From IMG/VR virus record IMGVR_UViG_3300005670_000019: a stretch of DNA of 64,000 nucleotides; one strand, given 5' to 3'. The notes under the pieces were generated by a model. The model did not search any database. It was not told the DNA's origin and saw nothing but the letters and a program-made list of their open reading frames with translations. Every line of letters begins with the position of its first letter. Positions within the stretch are counted from its first letter, which is position 1. Below, in pieces: positions 1-8,925 of this stretch. Both the position numbers and the translations under genes were made by a program. Source of the stretch: a virus. Taxonomy: Duplodnaviria > Caudoviricetes.

Positions 1-3000
1 GATCGGTGACTTCTTTCAGTGGTGATACGTGTGTGATTATGATGACAGACTTGAAGTAAGCTTTCAAGACATCAAGGAACTCCATGCATTTTTGCAAATT
101 GTCATCATCCAATGAACCAAATCCTTCGTCGATTATGAGAATGTCTGGTTTTGGAAGCGAGGACAAATTGAGTAATGCTACACGGAGAGCCAAAGATGTA
201 ATCATCTTCTCTGCACCAGAAGCAAGTTCGATTTCTCTTTTGCCTGATGCGTCTTCTATAAAAACATCCATAGAGTTTGATGAAAGGTCAAGATCCAAAC
301 TTACATTGAATTCCTGAATAGACATTAGAAGTTTTTGAAGTTCGTTGTTGATTGCTGGAAGCTGCGTCTTCAAAATCAAGGAAGGAACACCTGTTTTTGA
401 TAGAGCGTCAGTCAAAGCTTTTTGAAGTTTCAGTTCATTGATTGTGTCGTTGATGGACTGAACTTGTTCGGAAAGCATTTGTTTCTGAGCTTGCAATCCT
501 CCACGCTGGACAAGCATCTCTTCTTTCTTTGAGAGAAGATTTGCCATCTTGTTCTTATGTTGAAGAGATAAAGATTTCAATGAAGAAATTTTATCAACAT
601 CAAATGTTTCAATCGTTGTTTTCTCTTTTTGAACTTCCAATTCGAGGGACTTTATCTTTTCATCCAACGATGACAAACGAAGCAAAGCGTTTTCATTCTT
701 TTGCTCAAGATTCAATCTCTTTTGTCTGTTGCTTTCCAAAGTTTTTGTGATTTTCTCAAACTTAGAAATTTCTTTCTCAACTTCTGTTCTTGAATTTTTC
801 TTCAAGAAAAGTTGAAGGTCACTTACTTCTTCCAACAATGAATTGAACTTGTCTCTATCAATTTGAATTGATTTGGCATCTTCATGCGAATCCTTGATAA
901 AGCGACAGGAAGGAAACTGATCCCCACAAGGAACAGTTTCCAGTTTCTTGACGGACTTTTCTTTGTTTTCAAGTGAGGCTTGCTTTATCTTCTGTTCATT
1001 GACACGATCAAGCAAAACTTTTTCTTTCTCTTTGATAATGTCAAATTTTTCATTCAACTCACCAAAATCAAAGAGCTTTACTTGAATTTCATAAGCTGAG
1101 ATATCCGCACTTATTGCTTCATGTGCGTCAGCCAAAGAAACAAGCTCATTTTCTATTGTCAACTTTTCTTTCTTGAAATTTTCTAACTTATCAATCTTTT
1201 GTTGATGAAGTCCCAAATCTGGAAGTTCAAGAGTGTTTATTTCACTCAATTCCTTTTCAGTTTCTTCTTGAAGTTTTGCAAGAGTTTCAATCTGAGTAAT
1301 AAGGGTTGCCATCTCTTCTGTAAAAGAAGCTTCACTCTTTTCTACTTGTTCAAGTTTGGATTTGGTAATGTCTTGATTTTTGCAACGATCCATAAGAACC
1401 GTCAAATCATCTTTGGCATAACCATGCAACTTATCGAAGATATCCAAATCAAGAAACCTTGAAAGAATTTTCTTTCTTTGAGTTGGACCTTCTTCAATAA
1501 AGGTATTGATCTTGCCTTGACTTGAGAAAGCCGTAAGAAGAAAATCTTCTGCGGTTCCAATCAACCTTCTTATTTCTTTGTCTGTATCTTCTCTATTGAT
1601 GGAAGTCAAAGACAAAGGTTTTACAGTTCCATCCTCGGTCAAAACCATTTTGTAAAGCTCAAGAGAAGTGTTTGATTTTTCTCTGTCCTTATCAGTAAGG
1701 TCTTCATCCTGCTTTCTTTTTGGAACCATTCTTTCTGTTTTTCTCTCAATGACATATTCAACGCCATTGATATCAATGGTGACTTTTGCACCACCTTCGT
1801 TCTCACTTCTATTGAGTATTTTTGCATTCTTGATTGGACCTCGGTCGGAACCGTTATAAAGTCCATACATCAAACTTCCAACAATAGAACTTTTTCCTGC
1901 TCTGTTTGGACCAAAAACTCCAACCAAACCAGAAAGCTTTGTGAAATCAAGAACATTGTCTTTTCCATAACGGAAAAGATTGTCAAACTCAAGTTTCTTC
2001 AATGACCAAGAAACATCTCTTGTTGCTTCTGGTTCCGAGGCATACAACTTTGCAAGATACTTCTGTATAACCTTGATTGAACCTTCTTCAAGTTGTTCTT
2101 GCGTCAACTGATACTTGTCTTTGTTTGACAAGATGAACTCTTTGAAAAGTTCATGAATTACTTTTGGGTTGTTTCGCAAAGATGATTTCTGAATCTGCAC
2201 GTTGTTTGTCGAGATTGCAGAAAGGTCTTTTTCAACATTCAGTTGTTGAAAAGAAATTTGAAGTGGTTTGTAACTTTGTTTCAATTCATTTGAAAGAACC
2301 TGTGTTTCAAGACTCGAAATCTTGCTTTGATGACGAATTCTCATACGAGAACCCGGACCAAGATTTGGATGCTTTTTCTTTAGCGTATGAATTGTCTCTT
2401 CCACTGAACCATTCCAATCAACCGTAATATACGGTGTTGGATTTTCCACAGGGCAGAACTGAACACTCCAATCATCCTTGTCCTCAATATCCCAAACAAG
2501 AAAACCCTTTTCTTCATTCTCACCGAAGTTCTGTTGAATTAGAGAACCAGCATAAGCTGCCCATGGCAAACTCTTCTTGTTCTTATTTTCTCTCCATCCA
2601 AGAAATTGTGAAAGATGAATGTCTCCAAGAAGAAGATAATCAAATCCAGAAAACTCTGCCATGGTCTTCTCGCCATGTTGAAAGTAGAAGTTTCCATCTG
2701 TCTTACTTCCAGCAATCGAGCCATGAAACAAAGCAATGTTGGTTTTATTTGGATCGGGCTTTAGTTTTGACCAACCTTCTTTGTCAAAAGGAGAGAATGC
2801 ATAAAACTCAAAAGGAAAACCTTTGGCTTGAAACTGAACACTGTCCTTCAACAGGAAGTGGTTTTCCAAATTCATTGCTTTATGAATTGGAGAAATAACG
2901 TCTTGTCTTGAAGCATTAGCAAGATTTCCATCATGGTTTCCGAGAAGTGTATATGTCGGCGCAATCGAAACCATTTCTCTTATCATCCAAGCAAGTTTGT

Positions 3001-3175
3001 CAATTACTTCTGGACTGATATTTTGTGTCTTGGTGTGGAAAGTATCACCAGTGTTTATGATGATATCAGGTTCAAGAGCACGCATGAGTTCAAAAGTTTT
3101 TTCAAAAACTTCCGTATATTCTGCGTGTCGTTGAAAACCTCTCCAATGAATGTCTGAAACGTGGCAAATTCTCAT
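1..3175 (-). CDS. Fused SbcD/Mre11 nuclease - SbcC/Rad50 ATPase (T4 gp47+gp46-like); 3' end lies beyond the left edge
   Basis: Not in the ORF track because there is no stop in the window. Manual translation from ATG 3175 gives MRICHVSDIHWRG (metallophosphoesterase). The same frame contains Walker A GPNRAGKSS (~1890-1915), coiled coil, signature LASGAEK, Walker B IIDEGFGSLD and H-loop IIITH. Confidence 0.92.
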   Translation of the reverse strand, partial: MRICHVSDIHWRGFQRHAEYTEVFEKTFELMRALEPDIIINTGDTFHTKTQNISPEVIDKLAWMIREMVSIAPTYTLLGNHDGNLANASRQDVISPIHKAMNLENHFLLKDSVQFQAKGFPFEFYAFSPFDKEGWSKLKPDPNKTNIALFHGSIAGSKTDGNFYFQHGEKTMAEFSGFDYLLLGDIHLSQFLGWRENKNKKSLPWAAYAGSLIQQNFGENEEKGFLVWDIEDKDDWSVQFCPVENPTPYITVDWNGSVEETIHTLKKKHPNLGPGSRMRIRHQSKISSLETQVLSNELKQSYKPLQISFQQLNVEKDLSAISTNNVQIQKSSLRNNPKVIHELFKEFILSNKDKYQLTQEQLEEGSIKVIQKYLAKLYASEPEATRDVSWSLKKLEFDNLFRYGKDNVLDFTKLSGLVGVFGPNRAGKSSIVGSLMYGLYNGSDRGPIKNAKILNRSENEGGAKVTIDINGVEYVIERKTERMVPKRKQDEDLTDKDREKSNTSLELYKMVLTEDGTVKPLSLTSINREDTDKEIRRLIGTAEDFLLTAFSSQGKINTFIEEGPTQRKKILSRFLDLDIFDKLHGYAKDDLTVLMDRCKNQDITKSKLEQVEKSEASFTEEMATLITQIETLAKLQEETEKELSEINTLELPDLGLHQQKIDKLENFKKEKLTIENELVSLADAHEAISADISAYEIQVKLFDFGELNEKFDIIKEKEKVLLDRVNEQKIKQASLENKEKSVKKLETVPCGDQFPSCRFIKDSHEDAKSIQIDRDKFNSLLEEVSDLQLFLKKNSRTEVEKEISKFEKITKTLESNRQKRLNLEQKNENALLRLSSLDEKIKSLELEVQKEKTTIETFDVDKISSLKSLSLQHKNKMANLLSKKEEMLVQRGGLQAQKQMLSEQVQSINDTINELKLQKALTDALSKTGVPSLILKTQLPAINNELQKLLMSIQEFNVSLDLDLSSNSMDVFIEDASGKREIELASGAEKMITSLALRVALLNLSSLPKPDILIIDEGFGSLDDDNLQKCMEFLDVLKAYFKSVIIITHVSPLKEVTD

Positions 3176-3186
3176 TATTATTTCCT

Positions 3187-4167
3187 CTAGACAATACTGC
3201 TTATTTTGTCTTTGAGAGTTTCTATCCTAGAATACAGTTTAGCAGAAGCGATCAAATCATTAAACCTACCCAACGGAAGTTCTCCAATATCTTCATATTG
3301 TTCTGGTATTTTCAATATCTTTACTTTTATGTTGTATTGAGATAATAGCTTTGCTATTTTTAGTTCTTTTGTTTTTGCATCAAGGTCTAGCGACAAAATG
3401 ACTTCTGTTTTATTTTCACAAATCCTCTGGAATAGAAGATAGTTCTCATTTAGTTCACTTCCAAGAAGACAGGTTGCATTTGGAATTACTTTCAACAAAT
3501 CAAATGGACCCTCAACAAGAACAAGTGGCTTATTCCAATTTATGTTCATCTCATTGAAAATGATTGACTTACGGTCTACTTCGGGATTTTTGTATTTGAC
3601 TCCTCTACCTTTATCCAGAATTTTTCTTGCTGTATAGTAATTCAAATCACCCTCAGAGTCAAATGAAGGAATGATGACCCTGTTCTTGAAATCTGGATGA
3701 TCAGAAACCATTATCTTCCAATAATAGAGCTCTCTTTCTGTCAATCCTCTTCTCTTGAGAAGATAATCAGTGTGATATCGATATTCTTTTTGGTGAATGG
3801 CTAGGAGTTTGCTATTTGGAGGAAGAGTTATTGGTTGGTCTACTTCATCCAATATTTCCTGTGACGACAGAAGAGTGTTTGCGGTCAGCGTGGACTGCCC
3901 AAAAGTGAGAAGGAACTCTTCTTTTGAGTTAGAAAAATACTTTGACAAAACAGGAAAAATGTTTGGAGACTTCAAACCACAAACCCAACAATGACATTTG
4001 AAATCATCTGTCTTGATTACGAGTTTCTTTTTTGAATATCCAAAAGGTTTCCTAGATTTACAACGAGGACAAAGAACTGAAATGTTCAGTCCAGAATTAG
4101 AAATTATGCCTTGTCCAAAGGTTCGTTCAATAAAATCAATTGCTTGACCTTGTGTAAAAACTGGCAT
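3187..4167 (-). CDS. DNA primase (DnaG-type, Zn finger + TOPRIM)
   Basis: CPRC...CHCWVC zinc-binding domain; RVIIP..D..G...YYTAR; KYKNP; TOPRIM VEGPFD and DLD. Confidence 0.9.
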   Translation of the reverse strand: MPVFTQGQAIDFIERTFGQGIISNSGLNISVLCPRCKSRKPFGYSKKKLVIKTDDFKCHCWVCGLKSPNIFPVLSKYFSNSKEEFLLTFGQSTLTANTLLSSQEILDEVDQPITLPPNSKLLAIHQKEYRYHTDYLLKRRGLTERELYYWKIMVSDHPDFKNRVIIPSFDSEGDLNYYTARKILDKGRGVKYKNPEVDRKSIIFNEMNINWNKPLVLVEGPFDLLKVIPNATCLLGSELNENYLLFQRICENKTEVILSLDLDAKTKELKIAKLLSQYNIKVKILKIPEQYEDIGELPLGRFNDLIASAKLYSRIETLKDKISSIV

Positions 4168-4198
4168 ACTACCAAATTTACACGAGAACGATTATCAT

Positions 4199-4930
4199 TC
4201 AATTGGAAGGTGTGGTTAGTTGTCCGCCGCGACAAATTACCCACGCGTCACAGCGATCGTAGTTTTCTTTATCAAAAACTACTTTTCCTTTATGTTTTCC
4301 ATTTTTTGCTGTGTGTGTAAGCCAGGGAAAATTAGGGTATGCTGCTCTAACAGCATCAAAGACCTGTTCCTTAGTCGATCGTGTCTTATCGCTTCGATTA
4401 ACTTTGATCCCTGCTGCCTTGCGCGCAGAATTAACGTTGATATCGTGAATGGTTGTTCCAGAAAATACTCTTCTTGCAATATATGAGACAATGCCATTGA
4501 ACTTGGCAAGCGTAAATAAGGTATCAGCAGAAGAAAATCCAGGAGAAAAACCTTTAGCACTTGCCTCAACAAAAACTCTCTTTACTTGATATTTTTTCTC
4601 AAGCTCCAACAGTCTTTTTTCAATTTCGTCTGCCTTCAACCAAAGACTATCTTGTTTGGCAGAAAACTTGACATGTTCCATGAACTCAAACTGTCCTTCC
4701 TTTGTCAAACCAACAATACCAACAACCGCAGTAGAAATATCTAAACCTATTTCGATTTCTTTTTTGAGGCTGGTTTCGTTGATGCTAGTTTCGTTGACAC
4801 AGTCTTCTTGCGTTTTCTCTTTGTCTTCAACTCTTTCACTTCGTTGAGTTTTTCTTTGTAGACTTTGAGTAATGGAAAAATCATGTCCTCTGTCCAGAAC
4901 TGATATTTTGCTTTGTTTTGACTTGCCCAT
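4199..4930 (-). CDS. RuvC-like Holliday junction resolvase (start uncertain; catalytic domain begins ~4750)
   Basis: IGLDISTAVVG, VFVE, L.KFNGIV, C-terminal D..DA (RNase H fold acidic residues). Confidence 0.8.
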   Translation of the reverse strand: MGKSKQSKISVLDRGHDFSITQSLQRKTQRSERVEDKEKTQEDCVNETSINETSLKKEIEIGLDISTAVVGIVGLTKEGQFEFMEHVKFSAKQDSLWLKADEIEKRLLELEKKYQVKRVFVEASAKGFSPGFSSADTLFTLAKFNGIVSYIARRVFSGTTIHDINVNSARKAAGIKVNRSDKTRSTKEQVFDAVRAAYPNFPWLTHTAKNGKHKGKVVFDKENYDRCDAWVICRGGQLTTPSN

Positions 4931-5232
4931 ACTTCTCCGGCTGCTTTCTTTCTCAAAACGGTTATTTGTTGAACTTTGGCTTTTGGTTTTACTTCAACCA
5001 TCAAGCAAGAACCGTCTTTGTACCAGACTACGAAATCTGGAATGTAAAATCTAACTCGTTGAGTTCTGTTGCTGTATCTGTAAGCAAGCTTCAAAGTTTC
5101 ATATTCATATTTTTGAACTTGTGGATCATCATCTAAGTGAAGACAAACAGCCTTTTCCCACAATGATCTGTATTTGATTTTAGAACTGCATTTTGGTGAA
5201 ATGTGTTCGCCTGAATGATATCTCTTTGACAT
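4747..5232 (-). CDS. T4 gp4-like head-completion nuclease (TnsA N-terminal endonuclease family)
   Basis: YRSLWE...LDDDP.V..Y.YE...YIPDF...VEVKP; ATG 5232 preferred over TTG 5259. Confidence 0.85.
   Translation of the reverse strand: MSKRYHSGEHISPKCSSKIKYRSLWEKAVCLHLDDDPQVQKYEYETLKLAYRYSNRTQRVRFYIPDFVVWYKDGSCLMVEVKPKAKVQQITVLRKKAAGEVWASQNKAKYQFWTEDMIFPLLKVYKEKLNEVKELKTKRKRKKTVSTKLASTKPASKKKSK
4769..4798. repeat. Imperfect 15-nt tandem repeat (2 copies)
   Basis: GCTGGTTTCGTTGAT / GCTAGTTTCGTTGAC, inside the overlap of the two nuclease ORFs. Confidence 0.7.
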
Positions 5233-5233
5233 T

Positions 5234-5249
5234 ACATATTTAAGTATGT
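5234..5249. promoter_or_regulatory. Pseudo-palindromic candidate bidirectional late promoter
   Basis: ACATATTTAAGTATGT gives TATTTA on + and TACTTA on -, between divergent starts 5232 and 5265. Confidence 0.5.
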
Positions 5250-5264
5250 GAGGTAACAAATCAT

Positions 5265-5900
5265 TTGAAAAAGGCTCTGTTCCGCTTATTTTTCCTTATG
5301 ATACTGACCGGCAGTTGCATGGTCAGAACCAGAGAGCCTCACACTGAATACCTTCTAAATGCACAAAGACAGCCCCTTTGGTGGTCAAATCTTCCAATCA
5401 ATGTCTACTTTGATCTTCACACAATGACGGAAGACCAAGTTGTTTTGTCACAAACAGCATTTCATCTTTGGAATGGTGCAATTGGTCATAAAGTCTTTGA
5501 AGTCTTCCCTCAAACAATGGAAGCAGATCCAACTTTGATGACTTCATTGGATAATTCTATTTTTGTTACAGTTGACCATCTTAGAAGAGTTGGAGGAATT
5601 CAAAGACTAGGTCTTTGCCAATATGACTTCACAGAAGATCGTTTTGGTCAAGAAAACGGAATTCGTTCCGTGACAATTCTTCTTCATGACGAACTAGAAT
5701 GGCATGAAACCATGTTTATCATGCTTCATGAAGCTGGTCATGCTCTAGGACTGAGACATGATTTGAATCAAAGGTCAATCATGTACAAGGCTCCGATGGG
5801 AAGTAACATGGAGTTTGAAGAAAAAGACCTTGAGTTTATCAGAACGCAGATCACAGTGTTAGAACTAAGGCAACGTGGCTTTCGTGAAGCCTATCAATAG
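5265..5900 (+). CDS. Matrixin/metzincin-family zinc metalloprotease, probable lipoprotein
   Basis: HEAGHALGLRH zinc motif, Met-turn SIMY, N-terminal signal with lipobox-like LTGSC. Confidence 0.88.
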   Translation: MKKALFRLFFLMILTGSCMVRTREPHTEYLLNAQRQPLWWSNLPINVYFDLHTMTEDQVVLSQTAFHLWNGAIGHKVFEVFPQTMEADPTLMTSLDNSIFVTVDHLRRVGGIQRLGLCQYDFTEDRFGQENGIRSVTILLHDELEWHETMFIMLHEAGHALGLRHDLNQRSIMYKAPMGSNMEFEEKDLEFIRTQITVLELRQRGFREAYQ

Positions 5901-6559
5901 CTATACATCTTTTCAAAATATAGACTTCCAAAAGCACTAATCGTATTTTCCACTTCTTTTGCAGGTTCATTGATACTAGACACAAAAGAATTGTGTTTCT
6001 TCATCAAATTCTCAACTGGAACGGGGATTTGGATTTTGTACTTATAATTTAGTGGGTTATTTTTGCGATTGCTTTTGTTTCCTTTGCGGGGAAGAGTTTC
6101 TCTATAGTCTTCTGGTAAGAACTCACGATCCCAGTCATTTCTTTTTGTGAAGATGTAGGTCCAAATCTTTTTTGCAGCGTTTGTGATTCCAACAGTATCT
6201 CGAACAATCCATCCTCCCAAAGAGGAAAGAAGATCATACATAAAAGGACCATATGAATGTTCGGCAGCTACAGTATCGACTTCATATGCGTCGATTGGGC
6301 TTTCATAGTTGGCAGTAAAAACTCCAAAAACAACGCCTCGGCGTATATCTTGTATAGCCTTTCTTCGGCTTTCATGGTCTGTAAAAACAGGATATGTGTC
6401 AAACACTTTCTTTACTTGTTCCGGGGAATATAAAACAGCTTTCATTCTTGTTGAACCTTTGTAAACAAACAAAGCCAGATTTTGCTGCTCTATTTCTTGA
6501 ACTGACTTTGCTACTTCTTCAAGATCACCTTCAAAAATAAGTTGTTTGATTCCAATCAT
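5894..6559 (-). CDS. Hypothetical protein, possible GNAT-like fold; possible head-internal protein
   Basis: N-terminus MIGIKQLIFE resembles the LxE prohead-protease leaders of T4-like internal proteins; SYGPFMYD and AKKIW resemble GNAT motifs. Confidence 0.45.
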   Translation of the reverse strand: MIGIKQLIFEGDLEEVAKSVQEIEQQNLALFVYKGSTRMKAVLYSPEQVKKVFDTYPVFTDHESRRKAIQDIRRGVVFGVFTANYESPIDAYEVDTVAAEHSYGPFMYDLLSSLGGWIVRDTVGITNAAKKIWTYIFTKRNDWDREFLPEDYRETLPRKGNKSNRKNNPLNYKYKIQIPVPVENLMKKHNSFVSSINEPAKEVENTISAFGSLYFEKMYSY

Positions 6560-8907
6560 TAGAAATCCATTCCAATCTTGAACATGATTTTATCTCCAGT
6601 CTTTTTCACAATTGGTTGAGCCATTTGTGTTTTCATGATGATGTTCATGTTGTCATCATGAATATAGACGTTTGTAACATACACAAATTTTTGATCAATC
6701 TCGTTTACATTTGAAGAAGCTGACAGAGACATGTATGATGGATTACTTGAAGAGGTGTACATCAATGGATAAGCTTGCAAAGAATATTTTGCGACATGAA
6801 TATCGTTACTTCCCTGAAACCCTATCTCAAACTGTTGCTCGCCAAGAAAATACAATTGGGGAGCTTTGATAAGCACAATTCCTTCATTGTAGAAAATGTT
6901 TCCAACTGATGCCCATGAAGCATGATGACTTTCCGTATCAGCTCTATACAAATTTCCAAATCCATCATCTTTGATTAGAACAGACATACCAGCCGAAGAA
7001 CTTAGCGATGTGTCTTTCAATAAGAAAGTTCCTGGTTTGATTTGTTGACCATAAAACATGTTTGAGATATCAAACAAAACAACTTGATTTGAAGAGGTAT
7101 CTCTTGTTCTGTGAAGGATGGCATAGCTGTTTGGATTTGCTCCCGCAATATTCTCTGGAGAGGCTCCTATCATTTCATCAACGATTGAACTAGAAAGTGC
7201 GATTAATCCTTGAGAAGTGTAAAATTCTCCGATTTGGTTATTCAATGAAATCCAACCGGGATTATAAACACCAAGGTCATTCAACGAAGAAGATGGCGAC
7301 AAGGAATTGATCAAATCAAAATTTGGAACGAACTTACCATTGTCACATGGGTAAGCAAGGTATTGACGATATCTGTTTGAGCCCGTCGTATACAAGAATG
7401 CATTTGCTGTAAGTTCAGTTGTTGTCGTTGTGGAAATAATACTTGCAGACAATGCCCACAATCTTGGATAGTAACCTCTTACAAACTCTCTTGTAAAATT
7501 CTCAAGGTTCATGTATTGACCACCAACCGAATATGCGATAAATGGATTAAATGGAGTTGTGGTTGTTCCATCTCTTTCTTGAAATGGCGTTGTAAGAACT
7601 CCACCAAAGCCATTCAACGATTGTCTTGTTGGTGCTTCTCTCGTAAAAAAAGGAGGAACATAAAACTTCAAACTTCCAGAAGTTGTCGAAGCTCCACCTG
7701 AAACATACATAGAAATTTCATGATCCAACAAATATTTGTCAAATAGTTTCAAATCATGTATTTCAGCACTTAGTGGATTTGAAAATGCAAATACTGTAGG
7801 AGCAAACACTCCATCAGTTGTATCAAGTTCCAACAAACCTTCTCTTGTTGCTGTATCAGCAGCAAAAAATCTACTCAGAGCACTTGTTCCAGTGTTTGGA
7901 CCGTTGTAATAATTTCCTATACACAATACAGAGGGTTCTCCATATCGATAGGAGCCCATATCAACACTTCCGGTACTTCCAATGGAGGAAGTTGGCAAGA
8001 CAAATGTTCCAGCCTCCAGACCGTTTACAACAAATGAACCAGAGCCAAGATTGTATCTATCTCCCCATCTAACAGTAACATGGTTCCACTTATTTCTTTC
8101 AAGAACGTTATCATCTGAAAAAATTGTATAAGTCCCAGCGGTAGCTAGTGAAGGAGAAACGTTAGCACTGGAAGAAAGTTGTAACAGTAATCTGTATTTG
8201 TCTGGATATCCGTTTATGTCTCTATGGGAGCCTGTGATCAAAGATAGAGCATATGCGCCCGTAAGATGCATAATTGTTCCGGCTCTATATTCATTGCCAG
8301 GATTGTCTGTTGTTTGCACCGGCTTGATCCAGAAATCAAATGAGAATGCTCCTGTTACACCATAAACTGATGCACTTGGATCATTTCCAACTGAGGCAGT
8401 TGGATTTGGGTATAGAAGTACAGCGTTACTTGGAAACATTGAACTTGTTCTAAAGTTCAAGCAATGATAGTTTGAAAATCCATAATGTGCTGTTGGATAG
8501 TTTGCACGATAAAATGGCATCAACACCTTTGAAGTTACAACTTTAGACTGATAAAGTTTGTTCAAAGTAAAAGGAGGGTTATATCGATAGATTTGAAGTT
8601 GTTGTCCAAGTCTAGCGGAAGTAGTTTGAGAATTAACTTCACCAAGATAAGTTTGAAGTTCACTTTGAATATTAGAAGAACCAGTATTTCTAGTTATTTC
8701 CAACCGTAGTGTTTCCAAATTCTTATCATTGAAGATTGAACCTGTGAACATCGAAAGAGGAAAGACTTCTTTTTCAGAAGCCGATCGTCTTGAAAACAAA
8801 TTGACAGCACCCGAAACTCCAAGCGATGATGAAATAAAGCTTCGAGAAGGATGCGTTTCAATTGTAAAGACTTCAAAATTATCAGGTGTTATTTTGTGCA
8901 AAGACAT
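6559..8907 (-). CDS. Virion baseplate/tail protein with LamG-like domain and C-terminal tail-collar-like segment
   Basis: FSFDFWIKP, KWNHVTVRW, IHDLKLF (LamG); C-terminal VYIHDDNMNIIMKTQMAQPIVK. Confidence 0.7.
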   Translation of the reverse strand: MSLHKITPDNFEVFTIETHPSRSFISSSLGVSGAVNLFSRRSASEKEVFPLSMFTGSIFNDKNLETLRLEITRNTGSSNIQSELQTYLGEVNSQTTSARLGQQLQIYRYNPPFTLNKLYQSKVVTSKVLMPFYRANYPTAHYGFSNYHCLNFRTSSMFPSNAVLLYPNPTASVGNDPSASVYGVTGAFSFDFWIKPVQTTDNPGNEYRAGTIMHLTGAYALSLITGSHRDINGYPDKYRLLLQLSSSANVSPSLATAGTYTIFSDDNVLERNKWNHVTVRWGDRYNLGSGSFVVNGLEAGTFVLPTSSIGSTGSVDMGSYRYGEPSVLCIGNYYNGPNTGTSALSRFFAADTATREGLLELDTTDGVFAPTVFAFSNPLSAEIHDLKLFDKYLLDHEISMYVSGGASTTSGSLKFYVPPFFTREAPTRQSLNGFGGVLTTPFQERDGTTTTPFNPFIAYSVGGQYMNLENFTREFVRGYYPRLWALSASIISTTTTTELTANAFLYTTGSNRYRQYLAYPCDNGKFVPNFDLINSLSPSSSLNDLGVYNPGWISLNNQIGEFYTSQGLIALSSSIVDEMIGASPENIAGANPNSYAILHRTRDTSSNQVVLFDISNMFYGQQIKPGTFLLKDTSLSSSAGMSVLIKDDGFGNLYRADTESHHASWASVGNIFYNEGIVLIKAPQLYFLGEQQFEIGFQGSNDIHVAKYSLQAYPLMYTSSSNPSYMSLSASSNVNEIDQKFVYVTNVYIHDDNMNIIMKTQMAQPIVKKTGDKIMFKIGMDF

Positions 8908-8925
8908 AACCCAACTCCCTCGATT

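Noticed and set aside
84-3157. Short plus-strand ORFs here and similar ones throughout the window
   Set aside because: They are antisense or alternate-frame shadows of well-supported genes, without motifs or SD.
4747-5232. TnsA-like gene as part of a Tn7 element
   Set aside because: No TnsB/C/D or terminal repeats; motif and context fit T4 gp4-like head-completion nucleases.
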